Positions 12,191-31,491 are shown, counted from the stretch's first letter. The stretch: DNA of 64,000 bases from Adineta vaga (GCA_021613535.1 CP075494.1:14074001-14138000); one strand, 5' to 3'. Program-made: numbers and translations. Notes: generated by a model from the letters alone, not told the origin.

Positions 12191-13969
12191 AAGACGTTTA
12201 TGCTCAAAATTCTTTAGAAAATCACATTAGACTTTCGTTATATATAAATAAATATACATATATTTTTATTCGTGTTCTCTATTAGCCTTTACCTGAATGT
12301 TTTGTTTTGTTTTGTTTTGTTTTCATAAAAAGCTCCAGTGACTCTCTTTCTCTTTCTTAAGACCTATCTAGTCAGGTCAGATGGACAGTGAAATTTCAAA
12401 GTCAAACTATTTTCTTCAAGTGCATTTTTGAAGCACATTTCTGAACGCAAAAGAAAGACAGTTTTCGAACTCGTGCACTATTCCATATCTCTTTTTTTCT
12501 TCTTCTCTTCAAACGTTCTCTATCGTTTTGTATATGTTGTCAGATGTGTGTATCAATTGATCCTCTGTCAAGTTGTTTTACTTCATATACTTTTCTCTTT
12601 TTTTTATTTTCTTTCGTCTAATGTAAACGAAAAGAAAAAAAGAATTATTTATTTACTCGGTTGCTTTTTACAAGAAAATATACCAAAAAAAAAAACTCTT
12701 TTTTACGTCGCTGAATTTATGATTATGCATATGAAATGAAAGAGAACACGTTATTTGGTACTGACGTTGATGTCTAGTCTTTATGTACTATATATACGTC
12801 GTGTGTTTTTGTTCTACTCACAAAACGTTTGTTTTTTAATCAAAATAAATCAGTTTCAAATGATAAAATGAGCTATTTAATATCCGTTTTTATTTTCTTG
12901 AAGGAAAGATAAGACTTATTTGACCAATAAATCAGATGGAAATAATGCATTCTGACATGAATGTATGCAGATTTATTCTCTCTTCTCGAGAGACTATTTA
13001 CAGACGATAAATCTCTTCAAAAAAAGGAAAAATGAGAAAGAACAATATCAAACCCTTGATAACAAACGATCTGATCTAAAATTATGTTAATCAATTGATA
13101 ATCGAGTAGTTTATTGATGAATAAAAGACGAAAAATTTATTTCATTGAATCAATTGATAACGATTATAAGTTCCAGATGTTCATTTTTGTTCAAGGTTAA
13201 TGGGTATTGTGATATGAATGACAGATGATTAGAAATGTTGATACTTCCCATATTTTATATCTAAGCTCTCATGTCAACTGAGATGCGAACAGGATGATGA
13301 TGATGATGATGTTGAAAGGAATTTCTTGTTTTGACAAATATCATATTGCGACTTCAGTCGGCAGTACCTAATTGATATTGTCAAAGTCAAGATTATCTAA
13401 CGTTTTCCATTTTCTTAGTTGAAATTCTTTTGAACATTTGTTTAACAATGGCATTACATATTTGTGATCTTTTCATTCATTTCTTTTTTTGTTGCAAGAA
13501 AAAAAGATCACAGAACAATTAATATAGAAAATTTCCCTAAGGAGTAATAAAAGGTATAAAATATGTCAGACATATTCAATTCTATGAAAATTTATGTAAT
13601 AGACGACGATCTATGTAGTAATTGAGAAAACGTCACGTTCTTTTGTTTTTTGTTAGGTACATAACAAGGAAAACTCACTATTGATGAGAAAAGAAAAAAG
13701 CAAGAAGATTAAAATACTTTGAACTGATATTTATCGAAACATATGTTTGAAACGTTATAATATGATTACTTACATATGAAAATACGAACAAGTTTTCTTT
13801 TTAATTAATTAGGCTTTTCTCGACATATTTATCATTGTCAGAAAAGTATGAGTTTTTTTTCTTCTTCTATATAATTCTATTGATTAAGAACATGAAAAAC
13901 TTCGTTCAATCTTGATCTTTATTTAAAACAAAAATAAAAACATAAGCAAAACAATTATGCTGTTTTTTT

Positions 13970-14389
13970 TTAATAAACTTGTTCATTTTCTCGTACATGT
14001 TCGAAAAGAGCTTGTTCAACTTCACCTAATAACATATCGTTATCAGCATCATTAGCAAGATTAAGACTAATATAGACTTGTTTTTGTCCGCCGAGACGAC
14101 GTGCTAATTTTTTACTTAATGATAAAGATTGTTCATAAAAATCTGTGCCAAAAAGTGTCGTACCAAGTAATTCTTTTGTCGATGATAATGTCATAGGCAT
14201 TGTCATCGCTAAATTTGACATATCACATGATGGCGTTCCAATCCAAATAAAAAGACATCGATCAGGATAACGAATGATTTGATAGAGAATGATTTGATCT
14301 GCAATACGACGTGAAAATTGTGTTACTTTAATTCCATTGGATTGATCAGTATTACTAATAGAATCCGAACTGATCACTGTTGATGACAT
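13970..14389 (-). CDS. PSMG4: Proteasome assembly chaperone 4 (PAC4)
   Basis: 139-aa single-exon ORF with LFIWIG..MSNLAMTMP, TTLFG, SLSLSKKLARRLG.KQVYISLNL. Confidence 0.85.
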   Translation of the reverse strand: MSSTVISSDSISNTDQSNGIKVTQFSRRIADQIILYQIIRYPDRCLFIWIGTPSCDMSNLAMTMPMTLSSTKELLGTTLFGTDFYEQSLSLSKKLARRLGGQKQVYISLNLANDADNDMLLGEVEQALFEHVRENEQVY

Positions 14390-15054
14390 TCGTTTATCTA
14401 CAAAATTGAGAAATATATTCGTTAATGCATCATCTGAAGTCCAATTTTCTGCTAAATTAAATCCGAACGTGTACTTTCAGTAAATAAGTACATTCTTAAC
14501 GGTAAACTAGATCATTAATCGATTATAAATTCAATTATGGAAGCGTTCGGTAGTTTAAAAAAACACATTGATTATTGTGGGTTTTTTTTATTTATCAAAA
14601 CATCTGCATTTTATTTTAACATGACAAATGAAAAATGAAATTTGCTTAATCCGATGTAATTCAACTATTGATATTTTCTGACTAGTGTCGGATTTTATTT
14701 TCCTTTGGAGTTCGTTTTTTTTTTGTTTTCAATTATTGGTTTGTATAAAGCTGGTAAAAACTGTTCTGTTTACAAACACACACAAGTTCCTGAGAGCACG
14801 AAAGAGAAAGAGAAGAAGACGAAGAAATGAGAAAGCCAAGGCGCATATACAGATGTGCGAGATTCTAGCGACAAAATGTCTTGAAATGCTACACTGGTCA
14901 ATTGAAGACAAACATAGAAACACAAATGTAAAAGACAAAAAGAAAACAAAGAAAACAAACAATAAACATGAGCATTTATATGTATATTTATAGCGAGAGA
15001 AAGAAAGATAATCAATACATAGACAAATTCGCATTGCTTAAAGATGATTAAATG

Positions 15055-20454
<5,400 letters not shown>

Positions 20455-21904
20455 GTTTGGTATTTTTTTACTTTCAATCAATGTTTAATAAACAACACCT
20501 TGATGAAAATAGTCATATCAACAAAGAGACATACATGCACACAGCGTCGCATGTTTCACCGACGAATTGATATTTTATTTGTGTGTAAATATCTACAGAG
20601 AAATAAACAATCGATGATTAAACATATTATATATGTAAGAAGAAGAAGAAAGCTTCTCGTAATTCTTTCAAATATGAACAACGAAACAAAAAAGAATGCT
20701 TATGATGATGCCCGTAGAGAAATTAACAGACACGAGAGAGAGAGCGAGCGAATGTGAACGTGAGAAGAATCGACACATGCAAAGCTATTAGCGTAATCAA
20801 GATTGTCATCGTTAGTCGGCATTCATTTTTTGCATATGTATAATTTCAATTGAAAGAAACGAAAAACTATCTTGTTATCATTTTCAAAATGAAAAGTGAC
20901 AATACGAATGATAATCATCTGTACGGTTGTTTTACACTAAATAAAACTATAATATAAAATGTGTTTTCCATCATTGATTTATCTATTCAACCAAACGAGT
21001 ATAATGATAATTCTTATCCCCCCCAAAAAAAGAATTCTTTTTTCTCTTTCGGTCATAGACATCGAGTGGATGAGTGAGTGAGGAAAAGAACGTTTGCTAT
21101 CGTAGCTGCTCAATCGTCACGATCTTTCAGTATATATGTATTTATGTATATGTGTGTGTGTATGGTTGTCTGACTATGTAGGCGGCAGAATGAGGAAATA
21201 GATTGTAAGGGGTGACCAAAGAGAAAGAGGGAAAAGAACGAAGAAGAGGTCATCAAGACGTCGCTTATTTATCGGACATGCGATTACGTCCGTCAATCCT
21301 TCTATGTAATCGATTGACCGACTTGTTTCTCTGAGAAAAAAACAATGAATGAATAAAAAGGAAACGTTAAACAACAAGAGCATCAATATCACTAAATGAG
21401 AACCAGATTTTTTCTATCTAGAAACAAAGACGAGAGACGACAATGAAGAAGAAAAGACAGAATCTTTACTTACGTCATTAACTGACATTTACTTGGCTTT
21501 TTTTTCTGCTCAAAAGGTTCGCCTAGGTCTAATTCTTTTTCTTTTTATCTTTTAAACTAAAATCAAATTTAGAAGATTTATCACACATAAGACATTTAAC
21601 TCGAAAGGAAATAAATCAAACGAAAAAAATCAGATATATTACCATATTGAACAAAAAGAAACCGTACATAAACGACAGAAAGGGTAAGACAAATGTATAT
21701 AAAGAGAAGAACAAGAAGAAGAAGAAAAAAAGAGAAAGAAAAAGAAGCACATCTCACTAGAGGAATGGAGAGTTATCGTTAACCAATAAAAAATCGAATT
21801 GAATATTGGGGGCGCTAGATAACATATGATACGAAATAAGGAAGAAAAAAAAGTAAATATAACTTGTTTTGCTTCGATACTATCACAAAAATTTGTTTTC
21901 AAAG

Positions 21905-23382
21905 ATGCCTAAACCATCACGTCGTGTTATAGGGAAACCGGGAGCCTTGACATTCAATGATGTTCATGGAAAAGGAATAATTCTTTCGAATAATAGTCGA
22001 CAAGCAACAAGAACATCAGGCTTTGGTGATGCAATTGTATTTAGTTCTCGAACTATACGTACATATGAAAAAGTGTTTTTGAGACATCGTCAAAAACAAG
22101 TCGACTGGATCGGTAGCCTTCGAGTTGGATTTTGTATGCATGATCCAAAAACACAATTTACACAAGATACATTACCAAGTTTAGCTTTTAAACATTTAAC
22201 AGGTATGTATATGTAAAGTAGAAATTGATTTATTAAGTATTTATTTGTTTATTTATTTAGATAAAGCTGGTTATTGGCTACGTGCTTGTTCAGATGAACT
22301 TCTTCGAACTTCGCCAATTATTTACGTATATTATTCTTTTGGTAAGAAGATAAATGATTCATAGTCATCCGAATATTTCATAATTATTCTATTTAGATGG
22401 TCAAATCTATGTTGGAGGTTACGGCCAAACAACGCCTGCTCAAGCGGTCTTAACTATCAATGAACATTGTGGTCCATATTATTTATTTTGTGAAGTTTAT
22501 GGTAAAACAGATCAAATAGAAATTGTCGATCAATCAACTTTACCAGATCAAAATTTACTTAATGAAGGTGTTTCCCTTTCAATTCATGGTAATGTTATTG
22601 ATTCAGTCAATACAAAATTAGCTGCAAATCCTAATCTTTCTCATCTTCAATATTTTAATTATTTATTTACATCAAATTCTTTACATAAATTAACATTTCT
22701 TCCTACAACTAAACATAATGTTATATTTACAAATAATCAACGAATTGCATGTGTGAATAATCTTCGTTTCAAATCGAGTTATGTTTTTCTTGATACATCA
22801 ATGAAAGCTGGTGACATTCTCATTTGTAAAGTAATGGATTGTGATGCTAACATATCATCTTTACTTCTTTTTGGTTTAACAACACAAAATCCATCAATGT
22901 TACAATCTCATACATTACCCGAAGAAAGTACAACACTTGTAGATAATTATTCATTATCACAATGGTTTATCGATACTGATATCAATGCAAATATATCATT
23001 ATATGATGAATTAGCATTTTGGTTTGAATCTGATGGTTATATTTATCTTTCGATTGACAATCGTCCGCCAATAAAACTTAAAACTCCAACTATACCATCA
23101 GATATGATTAATATGAGTTTCTATCCATTTTTCGATCTCTATGGACAAATAACGTCACTCTATTTATACAATTTTAGTTCATTAAATAGATTGAATTTTA
23201 GTAGACCATCGACTGCTCGAACATTATGTTTAATTTGTTGTGAAAATCTAGCCGATACACAATTGTTGCCGTGTCAATGTATATTATGTAGTCAATGTGC
23301 ATCTGTTATTAAACGTCCAAGTTTACTTTCAGATTGTCCATTTGATCGAAAACATATTACTCAAATTCAACCATTATTGTGA
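21905..23382 (+). CDS. Neuralized-like E3 ligase (two NHR domains + C-terminal RING variant)
   Basis: NHR1 LTFNDVHGKGIILS..ATRTSGFGDAIVFSSR..WIGSLRVGFCMHDP; NHR2 ..LLFGLTTQNP..FYPFFDLYGQITSL; RING CLICCE..LLPCQCILCSQCA..CPFDRKHI. Introns at ~22204-22260 and ~22342-22396. Confidence 0.85.
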
Positions 23383-23929
23383 TTTGATTTATTTACAAAA
23401 GATATAAACTTATACATGATATACAATTAATTTTAAGACACAATTAATTCTTTTTCTTTCTTGTATTTTTTTATTCATTTTGTTCTGTAGTCAGATTTCG
23501 ATTATATTTTTCAATGGAAACGGTGTTTTGTGATATATTCAAAAAACGAAATAAATATTTTTTTTGCAGAACAAATCAACTTAAAAATATTTGTTTATAT
23601 AATATAACAACAATGATTTCTTTATCTTTGGTCTAACTTTATAAAAAGAAAACAGCATATGAGTATATATAACCATTGAACAACTAATAGAAATGAGCAA
23701 CGGACGAATATATTTGACCGTGGTAGCTTGAGGGAATAGAGATGTTCTTCGAAACTATCTTTCTTTTTTTTATTCTAACGGGTAAAAGTGCTTTAGATTA
23801 GACTAAGAATAACTTTAATATCCTTTGAGAAGTTAATGCAGGGAAATATAGACAAGATAAATTCAATTTAGATGAGTGAAGTTAGTAACGTACTGGATTC
23901 CTCGGAGAAATATAATGTAATAGATAAAA

Positions 23930-24686
23930 CTAGGTTCTCTGTTGCTGACGACATTGGATTTGTTCACGAAGCAACTTGCTTGTCAAAGTAAAGAAAAAAA
24001 ATGCTACAATGACCGGTAGCTGTGATGCATCCATCTAGATTATAAAATAAACCTTCTCTTTATAACTGAATAGTAGATTTCATTTGAATTGGTGATAATA
24101 TTGTATACCGTTGTCCAATAACTAAACAATGAACAAACAACATTCGAAGGATATGTTTATCTTTGTTTGCATGTTGTGTTCCTTGACTAACACGATCAGT
24201 CGTAGACTGGATTTTTGGTTAACGAATAAGCGGTATTTGCAATAGAACAAATTCGACGAGGTTGAAGGATTTCATAGAAGATCAGAACATTTGCATATGC
24301 AAGATGAACGAAGAAACATATCAATCGAATGATGTGAGGAGCGACTTTCTAACTACTCCATTGTCATACATTGACATTAGATGAACTACGGAGAAATCTG
24401 CTAAGCAATAGAGTGAAATATCAACACAAGCAAGAATAAGATACTAGATTGTCAATGCTCTAAGAACATAGTTCATTCAAATAGACAAAACGATACCCGG
24501 CTTGTAAACATCTAAGCACACTGTTAATGATAACAGAGATAAGTGCAACATGGATTTTGTTTTAACACTGGTCATGTAAATACAAAAATGTTTAATGTGT
24601 TACTAATTGTAACAAATACGCTTATCCAAGGAAATATTCAACGTGCCATAAAGACAATATAATAAAATTGATAGTATTGATTTCAT
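23930..24686 (-). pseudogene. Decayed intronless rhodopsin-like GPCR pseudogene
   Basis: Manual minus-strand translation gives fragments colinear with the intact GPCR at 55360: ISNTLNIFVFT*PVLKQNPCCTYL, RALTI*YLILACVD, RFLRSSSNVNV*QWSS*KVA, LIFYEI...C, KDKHILRMLFVH, FFTLTSKLLREQI. Multiple stops and frameshifts; TM5 apparently deleted. Confidence 0.8.
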
Positions 24687-25349
24687 TTTGAACGTCAAGT
24701 GGCATAGTCACATTAGATGATACCATTTTAATTGAATCTTGTAAGAGTTGTGTGTATTCTATTTCGCTCAAGAAATAAATAAAAGTATTGTTAAAATTAC
24801 ATCTTAACGTATTTATAACATTTCAATCGCTATGAAAGATTGTCTCAGATATAGAAGCGTAGAAAATCTGTTTTCTTCGATTTTTCATATAAGAAAATTT
24901 AAGTTGCCGTGCTTTATATTCTTCGAATGATTGAAATTGTCGAAAAGATTAAATCATCACTTTTGTAAGGAAACATAACCGAACTTCGGCAAGGGAGAAA
25001 AAGGAGATCTTACTCTTTTATAATGCAAGTACGAAAAGTATGAAAAACAATATTTTTGGACGTAATATTAATCTTTTATGTTGTTTTATATTTCCGGTGT
25101 AATCTGATTACGAAAACATTCGCGTACACAGATATGAATACACAATCAATCTACCGTAACAAAGTATTCACATCACGAACATAGAAATGATCGATATTGA
25201 TTCAAATTTTCTCATAGATTTACAGATATTCTCATCTGCAAAACAGAGTCTAACAGTAATGTAAACAATATCAATATATACATATATATGTAAGACATTT
25301 GATAATTTTCATTTGACCTTTATTTATCAATAACAACAAAACAAATAAA

Positions 25350-27042
25350 CTATGCTAATCCTTGTTGTTCACGCCATTTAATTATCGCATCTTTGATCAA
25401 TGTTTTCAATAGATCTGGTTTATTGAAGATAAAATATTTATCACTTGTATCGATGATTCGATGTTGTGCTTGATTACGAAATAATTGTGTACGGAGATAT
25501 TCCTGAGAATCATCCCAAGCCTGAAATCCATAAAATATATCACTCTTCAATCTTTAGAAACCAAAACTTACTTTATTTAAATCAGTTGAGAGACTTTTAT
25601 CATATGGACGCCGATTGAGAATCGTAACCGAAACATTCGATGGAAAAGCTTTCATTCGCCAAGCTAATCTAGAAAACATTCTTCTGCTAATTACGATTCA
25701 TGTTGAATAACTAATTCGTACTTCATCTGTGAAAAGGTTTCATTCATATAAAAATGTTCTCGAATAGTTGAACTAATATGTGCAGCATTACAAAGCAAAT
25801 GTTTCTGAAATAATCATCAGAAAACAAATGATCAATGTTAGATTATGATTTCAATGTAGTTACTTGTCGATGATTGATATTGATATTATCAGCTTCTGTT
25901 TCATCAGATGTTTTTACACTCAGCGGCATGTCAATCATATTTGTTAAAACAAGAATACGATTAATACCAAAGGCTGCTGAAAGTTGCATAGCATGTAAAC
26001 GTGGAATCAGTTTATTGTACCTAGAGAGACACTATTAGAATGAGAAAATAATAGATTTGTTGAACATAAATCTACCAATGATCTTTCCATTGTTCACTAT
26101 CGAACAACGTTTCAACTAATGGATCAATTAAAAATAAATGACTGACATCACTAAAAGTAGGCATAGTATTTGTAACAAATACCGAAAGAAATCATCTGAA
26201 TTCACTTACAATTCATACATTTGTGTATAAAACCGAGTAATAATAGCACCAAGATCAGCACCGACGAGAATAAATGGTTTGGGTTGCTGACTTGTCGCTG
26301 TAACAAGACGATTTAGATCTTCAGACATTCTATTAAATCAACAGTAAATCGTTATTAATTACTTTTTTCAGAAATCGAAAATTTACTTTTCGACTGTATT
26401 ATCCATTCCACGATGTTTCGGCATTTTATTTTCTATACCATCTGATTCTATAGTAAATCAATCGATCAATATTGATTAATTTACTTTTCAATTAAAATCT
26501 TACGTTGCTTAGTTGCTGAAGTTGATGATGGTGGTGGTGGTGGTGGTGGTGGTGGATCACTCATCCCTAATCCAGCTCGATCATAGATACATACCTAAAA
26601 AATATTCAATTACATCCATAATAGTATAACAATGATTCGCTTACTGTTGTCATCTTTTTGAGTTTCTCTTGTAGAGGAATCCAAATATCAGAATTCATAC
26701 CAGTTGGTGCATCGAGAATGACTATTAAAATGAAATCTTTCAATTCTATGTTCTAGGCCAGTTCATCTCTATACCTGTTGGTGCACCTTGTCCTCGACAG
26801 CGTAGAAATAATTTCTGACCATGTCCAATATCATATGGTAGACCTGAAATAATTTTCCAAGAAAATTAAGATAAATCAAACATTATTTTACTACCATGTT
26901 GTGCTAATAAAGGTGCTTCACGTTTTAATGAAGCATAATTAATCAATGGTGGTACAATGATTATAAATAATAATAATTGAACTAATTTCCACAATGTCTG
27001 AACACATATTTTCAATAGATTTCTTATTGAAATAACAACCAT
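25350..27042 (-). CDS. Membrane-anchored alpha/beta-hydrolase-fold protein, multi-exon
   Basis: N-terminal hydrophobic segment; KLFLRCRGQGAPTVILDAPTG, VCIYDRAGLGMSD, RMSEDLNRL, PFILVGADLGAIITRFY, LFLIDP; last exon is ORF 25350-25550. Confidence 0.85.
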
Positions 27043-27765
27043 GAAGTAATCTATATCAATAATGGAGAAAGGAAAAAGAGATTTTCTTGAAATATTCAAA
27101 TCAAATTAACAATCAGTATTTAGAGTGTTTTGTGTAAATTTGATTGCATCGCCTTCTTTCCACATATATATACATGTACTTTAACAAATCAAACACTTGC
27201 GCCACCAGATATTTAAATCAGTATGAAGCAAATCATTTTATTACATAGTCATCATGGAATATTTTATTAATTTATTTCAATTTTCCATCCTTATATTTGT
27301 AAAGATATGTCAAATAACCTGAGAGAAAACAACATTACTCATATTCAACAAAAAATATCTTTCGGTCACTTCAAGATACAACATACATCTGTTCATTCTC
27401 AATGTAATGCATTTGTAGACAATTTTTTTCTAACTATTCATCCTTTATCCACGCGGTTCTCTTCAATTTTTTTTGCAATATTATAAATGATTGATAAACA
27501 GTTTATATATTTGTCTGATATTATCTTATAAAAAGTCAGACAAAAAACAGTAGAAGACAATGTTATAAGTCATGAGAAATGAGAAAAATAAGACAATACA
27601 TACAAGCTAAGTATTTGTTTTCTTTTTTTGATATACATCAAACGCGTCACAGTAAGAACAAATACAAAATGAAAACAATCAAAATCAAAAGTGCACATAC
27701 ACAAATATGTACATTAATCAAATGGAATTAAAAAGGTAAAGAAAAAAAGAAGAGAAACTTTGATT

Positions 27766-29915
27766 TTATCTATCACCTTCAATTTCGGTGTGGTGATTAT
27801 TATCCTCATCATGTTGTTTTAAATGATTTGTATTAACTGATGTTAATGTTTGATATGTCGTCTAAAAAAAAACGATATTATTTCAAAATTTTCCCTTTCA
27901 AATTATTTGTTTCTACCTGATGTTGAACATGATGTTGTGGTTGTAACGCTTGAAATTGTTGCATTTGAACCTACGAAAAAAGATAAATATCTCTGTAAAA
28001 TCAAATTAGTTCTATTAGAATAACTAAGCACATGTACACACACACACACATATAAACATCAGAAAGAAAACGAATATTTACCTTTTTGATATATTTCATA
28101 AAAAAATTAGAGTAGGTGAATTTTTTGCTCGTTTATATATCATATTTTTCTATCTTTGTGGTATATTATTTGTACATACAAAACAAGAACAACAAACAAA
28201 AAAATAATTGACAACAAAATTATTTTTTTTCTTCAAAGAAATGAAAAAGAAAAACATAAACCGGAAGAAATTAAATGTTGATTTTTTTTTCTATTCATTT
28301 AGATTATCAAGACTGGAAGAAGAACAAAGACATTCAATTATTTTATAGACAGATATGAATAATCTGTTATTGTATACTCAATGTTGAAGAGAAAAATTGA
28401 ATGTGTATATATGTGTGTATTTATGTGCATAGCTATTTCTACTGTTCACTAATATCCTACATTGTTATGAGGCATTTGTAATGAATAACCATTATAATGA
28501 GGAAAAAGTGATGTTGTTAAACCATTATCTTGAAAATTATTCATTGGAGTAAAATTCTGAAACAACAAAATTTCTATTAGAAATCAATTTCTTTCTTTTC
28601 AACTGTTTTACTTGTTGTGGAAAAGTTTGCATGGGATTAAATGTTGGTAGTTGATAGGATGACGACGAATACTGTTGTTGTTGTTGTTGTTGCTAAAGAT
28701 ATAACGAATAGTTGTAAATTAGAAGTATGATATGAATGAAAAAAATTACATCTTGTTGTATTCGGATCTGTTGTTCAGAATGTTGTTGTGGTAATACCTG
28801 AGAGGTTGAATTTGATTTAGCTTTTTTATTTGCTAATTTGAATTCATTCATTTCCTATGAGGAACAAATAATCATAATTTCATCAGAAGAAGAATTAAAT
28901 TTATCTTAACGAACTTTTTCATATCGTTCTTTATCTTTTTGTGCTGATTCTTCATACGCTAGTTTTCCATCAGGTTGTGTATGATTCCATCGGTCACCTA
29001 ATTCTTTTGCTATTTCACCCACTGATAGACTTGGATTTACTGCTTTTAATTTCGGTCGTTCTTCTTTACAATAATGAAAAAATGCTGATCTAAATATACA
29101 AAATACAATCAGGATTTTTCTCGGATGAAAAGACTATTGTCTTTACAAAGGTCGTTTTGGTGCTAAAGGATCTTTTTTCTTTTTCTTTGTTCGTTTTTCA
29201 CCAGGTTGATATACAGCCATTTCACGTTCAAATCTTTGTTTATCAGCTTCAGCTTGTGCAGCAAATTTTGTTTTATCACTTTCAGACATTGTCTAAATTG
29301 AAATAACAATATAAAATAAGTAAATAAAGTGCATGAACTATTCAAATCAAATCCTCGACTTAATCCGATTTTATTCTTGTCTGTCCTTGATGAAAAGAGT
29401 ATGAAAACGAGTTCGTAAATTTAATTTAGTTTAAACGATTAAAGATCAATGAAGAAAAATTTTCTTACCTTCCATTTTTCTGCACATTTTTTTGAAAATT
29501 CACTAAAATTCGCGTTCTCATTTGGATAAGCTTTCCGATGTTCATCTCGACATTTCTGAACGAAAAATGTATATGCACTCATTCGACCTTTTGGTTTATG
29601 CATTTCTTTTGGTGGATGTTGTTGTTGTTGTTGTTGTTCACGAGTTTGTACTGGTGTAGATGGAAGCATATGATGAGTTGGATGTTGTATCAGTTGTGAT
29701 TGATGTTGTTGTGGATGATAGCTAGAAAGAAAAGATTTGATGAGAATATTAGAAAGAGAAAAAAAACATCGCTTTTCCATTTTGTCGACTTACTACATCG
29801 ACATTTGTGAGGGTAGTTGTTGCTGATTTTGTTGATGTTGTTGTTGTTGCTGCTGCTGCTGCTGTTGTTGTTGCGGAGGTACTATCATTGATTGATAATA
29901 TAATGTCGAAGTCAT
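27766..29915 (-). CDS. HMGB/DSP1-like dual HMG-box protein with polyQ N-terminus; two candidate terminal exon sets
   Basis: Box [37 protein letters not shown]; box [38 protein letters not shown]. Stops at 28449 (proximal) or 27766 (distal). Confidence 0.9.
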
Positions 29916-30593
29916 TTTTTAAAGTAATAGTATAGCGAATTACATGGAGAAAGAATCGATCTGTAATCGAAATAATTTTCAAAATTCTACTCATTAACAA
30001 TAATCTCATCGTTATCATCAGCATTGATGCAGATACAAGAAAGAAAACCTTCAAGAAATTGAGCAGATTCTTCTTGTTTGTATGATGATGATGATAATGA
30101 TGAGACTCACGTGATACACATTTATTTTACATGCAAGAAAAATGTACTGAGAAACACGCGGAAAGTTCGATGCATATTTTTCAAAAACAAATAGATAATT
30201 TCGAAAGGAAAAAAGAAGGGAAAACCGACATCTTGAGTGATGGCATGGTAATGTTTGTAAACGAAAGGTCTCTTTTTTCTCCTTCTCTCCTCTCTTCCCT
30301 TTTCTAATCGCTCTTCTTTCTCTGTTAGCCTCGGACACATCAATGCATATAATTATTTCTTGTTTCGTTCGTAAAAGAAAAATAGAAGAGAAAAAGAGAG
30401 AGAGAGAGGGAGAAGGAGAGAAGGGAAAAGAGGATTGTTCTGTTCTTAGCAATCGGAGAATATGCCCTCTTCTTCCTCCTTCGTTTTTTCTTGGCTTGTT
30501 TGAGAACAGAACAGAGAAAGAAAAAACTCAATTAATCGAGGGCATCTATAGGTTTGAATAGTTTGCCGGACATGTTCGCCAAGGGTCAAGTAA

Positions 30594-30620
<27 letters not shown>
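30594..30620. repeat. (GA)n microsatellite upstream of HMGB gene
   Basis: Run agagagaga... directly visible. Confidence 0.8.
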
Positions 30621-30626
<6 letters not shown>

Positions 30627-31491
30627 GAGCAAATAAATGAATGACCATGATGATTTATCGCCTATTGATTTTGGGTCAACTATGAAATATTTCTTTTGGA
30701 ATCGACAATTGAACAAATATAATTCTCTTTAATCATCTCAAATATTTTAATGAAAAGAATAAATGTCATTAATAACTAGAAAAGGTTATGCGAAATGTAA
30801 ACAATAGAAAAATGCCAAAGAAAAAAAACATGTATTTTTTTTGTTGGTCCAACTGATAATGACAGCTACTTCACAAATCATTATCGAGTCTTTCATCGTA
30901 CGTATGTTCGCTCATTCAAAATCAATTAGTAAAAGACAATTTATATACGAACATCATACATTCAAGTGTTCGACACGAGCAATTATGCATTGACAAAAGA
31001 ATGTCAAGTGATTCGATGAATAGATAGATAAAAAAAGAGGAGAAATACAAGAAAAAAAGAACAAGATACTGATATCTAACACAAATTCTTTAACGATTGA
31101 AACAATAGAAAAACCGTAACTAGTTTTTTTTCTACTCGTCATTCAATATTTACCTGTACTCGACATATTCACTATCTCATAATGACGAACATAGAAGTTT
31201 TTTTCTTTTTTTTTTCAAAAAAAAAATTCAAACGTGATTTTGATTTCTTTTCGTTCGAAGCAATTTCATTGATCAACGAGTTCCACCAATCAGAGAAAGA
31301 TTATAATGCATTACCATATGATATCGATTTCGGTAAAATAATTTGTTTAGAACTTTTACAATACCAAATCGATTAACTTTTTCTGACAGTTCACTGCGTG
31401 TAAAAAAAACCCTATGAACAAGTCGAATTTTTATTTCTGAATTTCAAACATGATAAAGAAAAACTAATCTTTATAGATCTAAAATAGAAAC

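Noticed and set aside
12428-15034. Phe/Lys-rich ORFs in 3'UTRs (12428-12739, 14685-15034)
   Set aside because: Low-complexity U/A tracts in the G-alpha-o and ARHGAP39 UTRs; no domain signal.
29916-31376. Several overlapping ORFs upstream of HMGB
   Set aside because: Purine/pyrimidine-tract artefacts of 5'UTR or promoter sequence.
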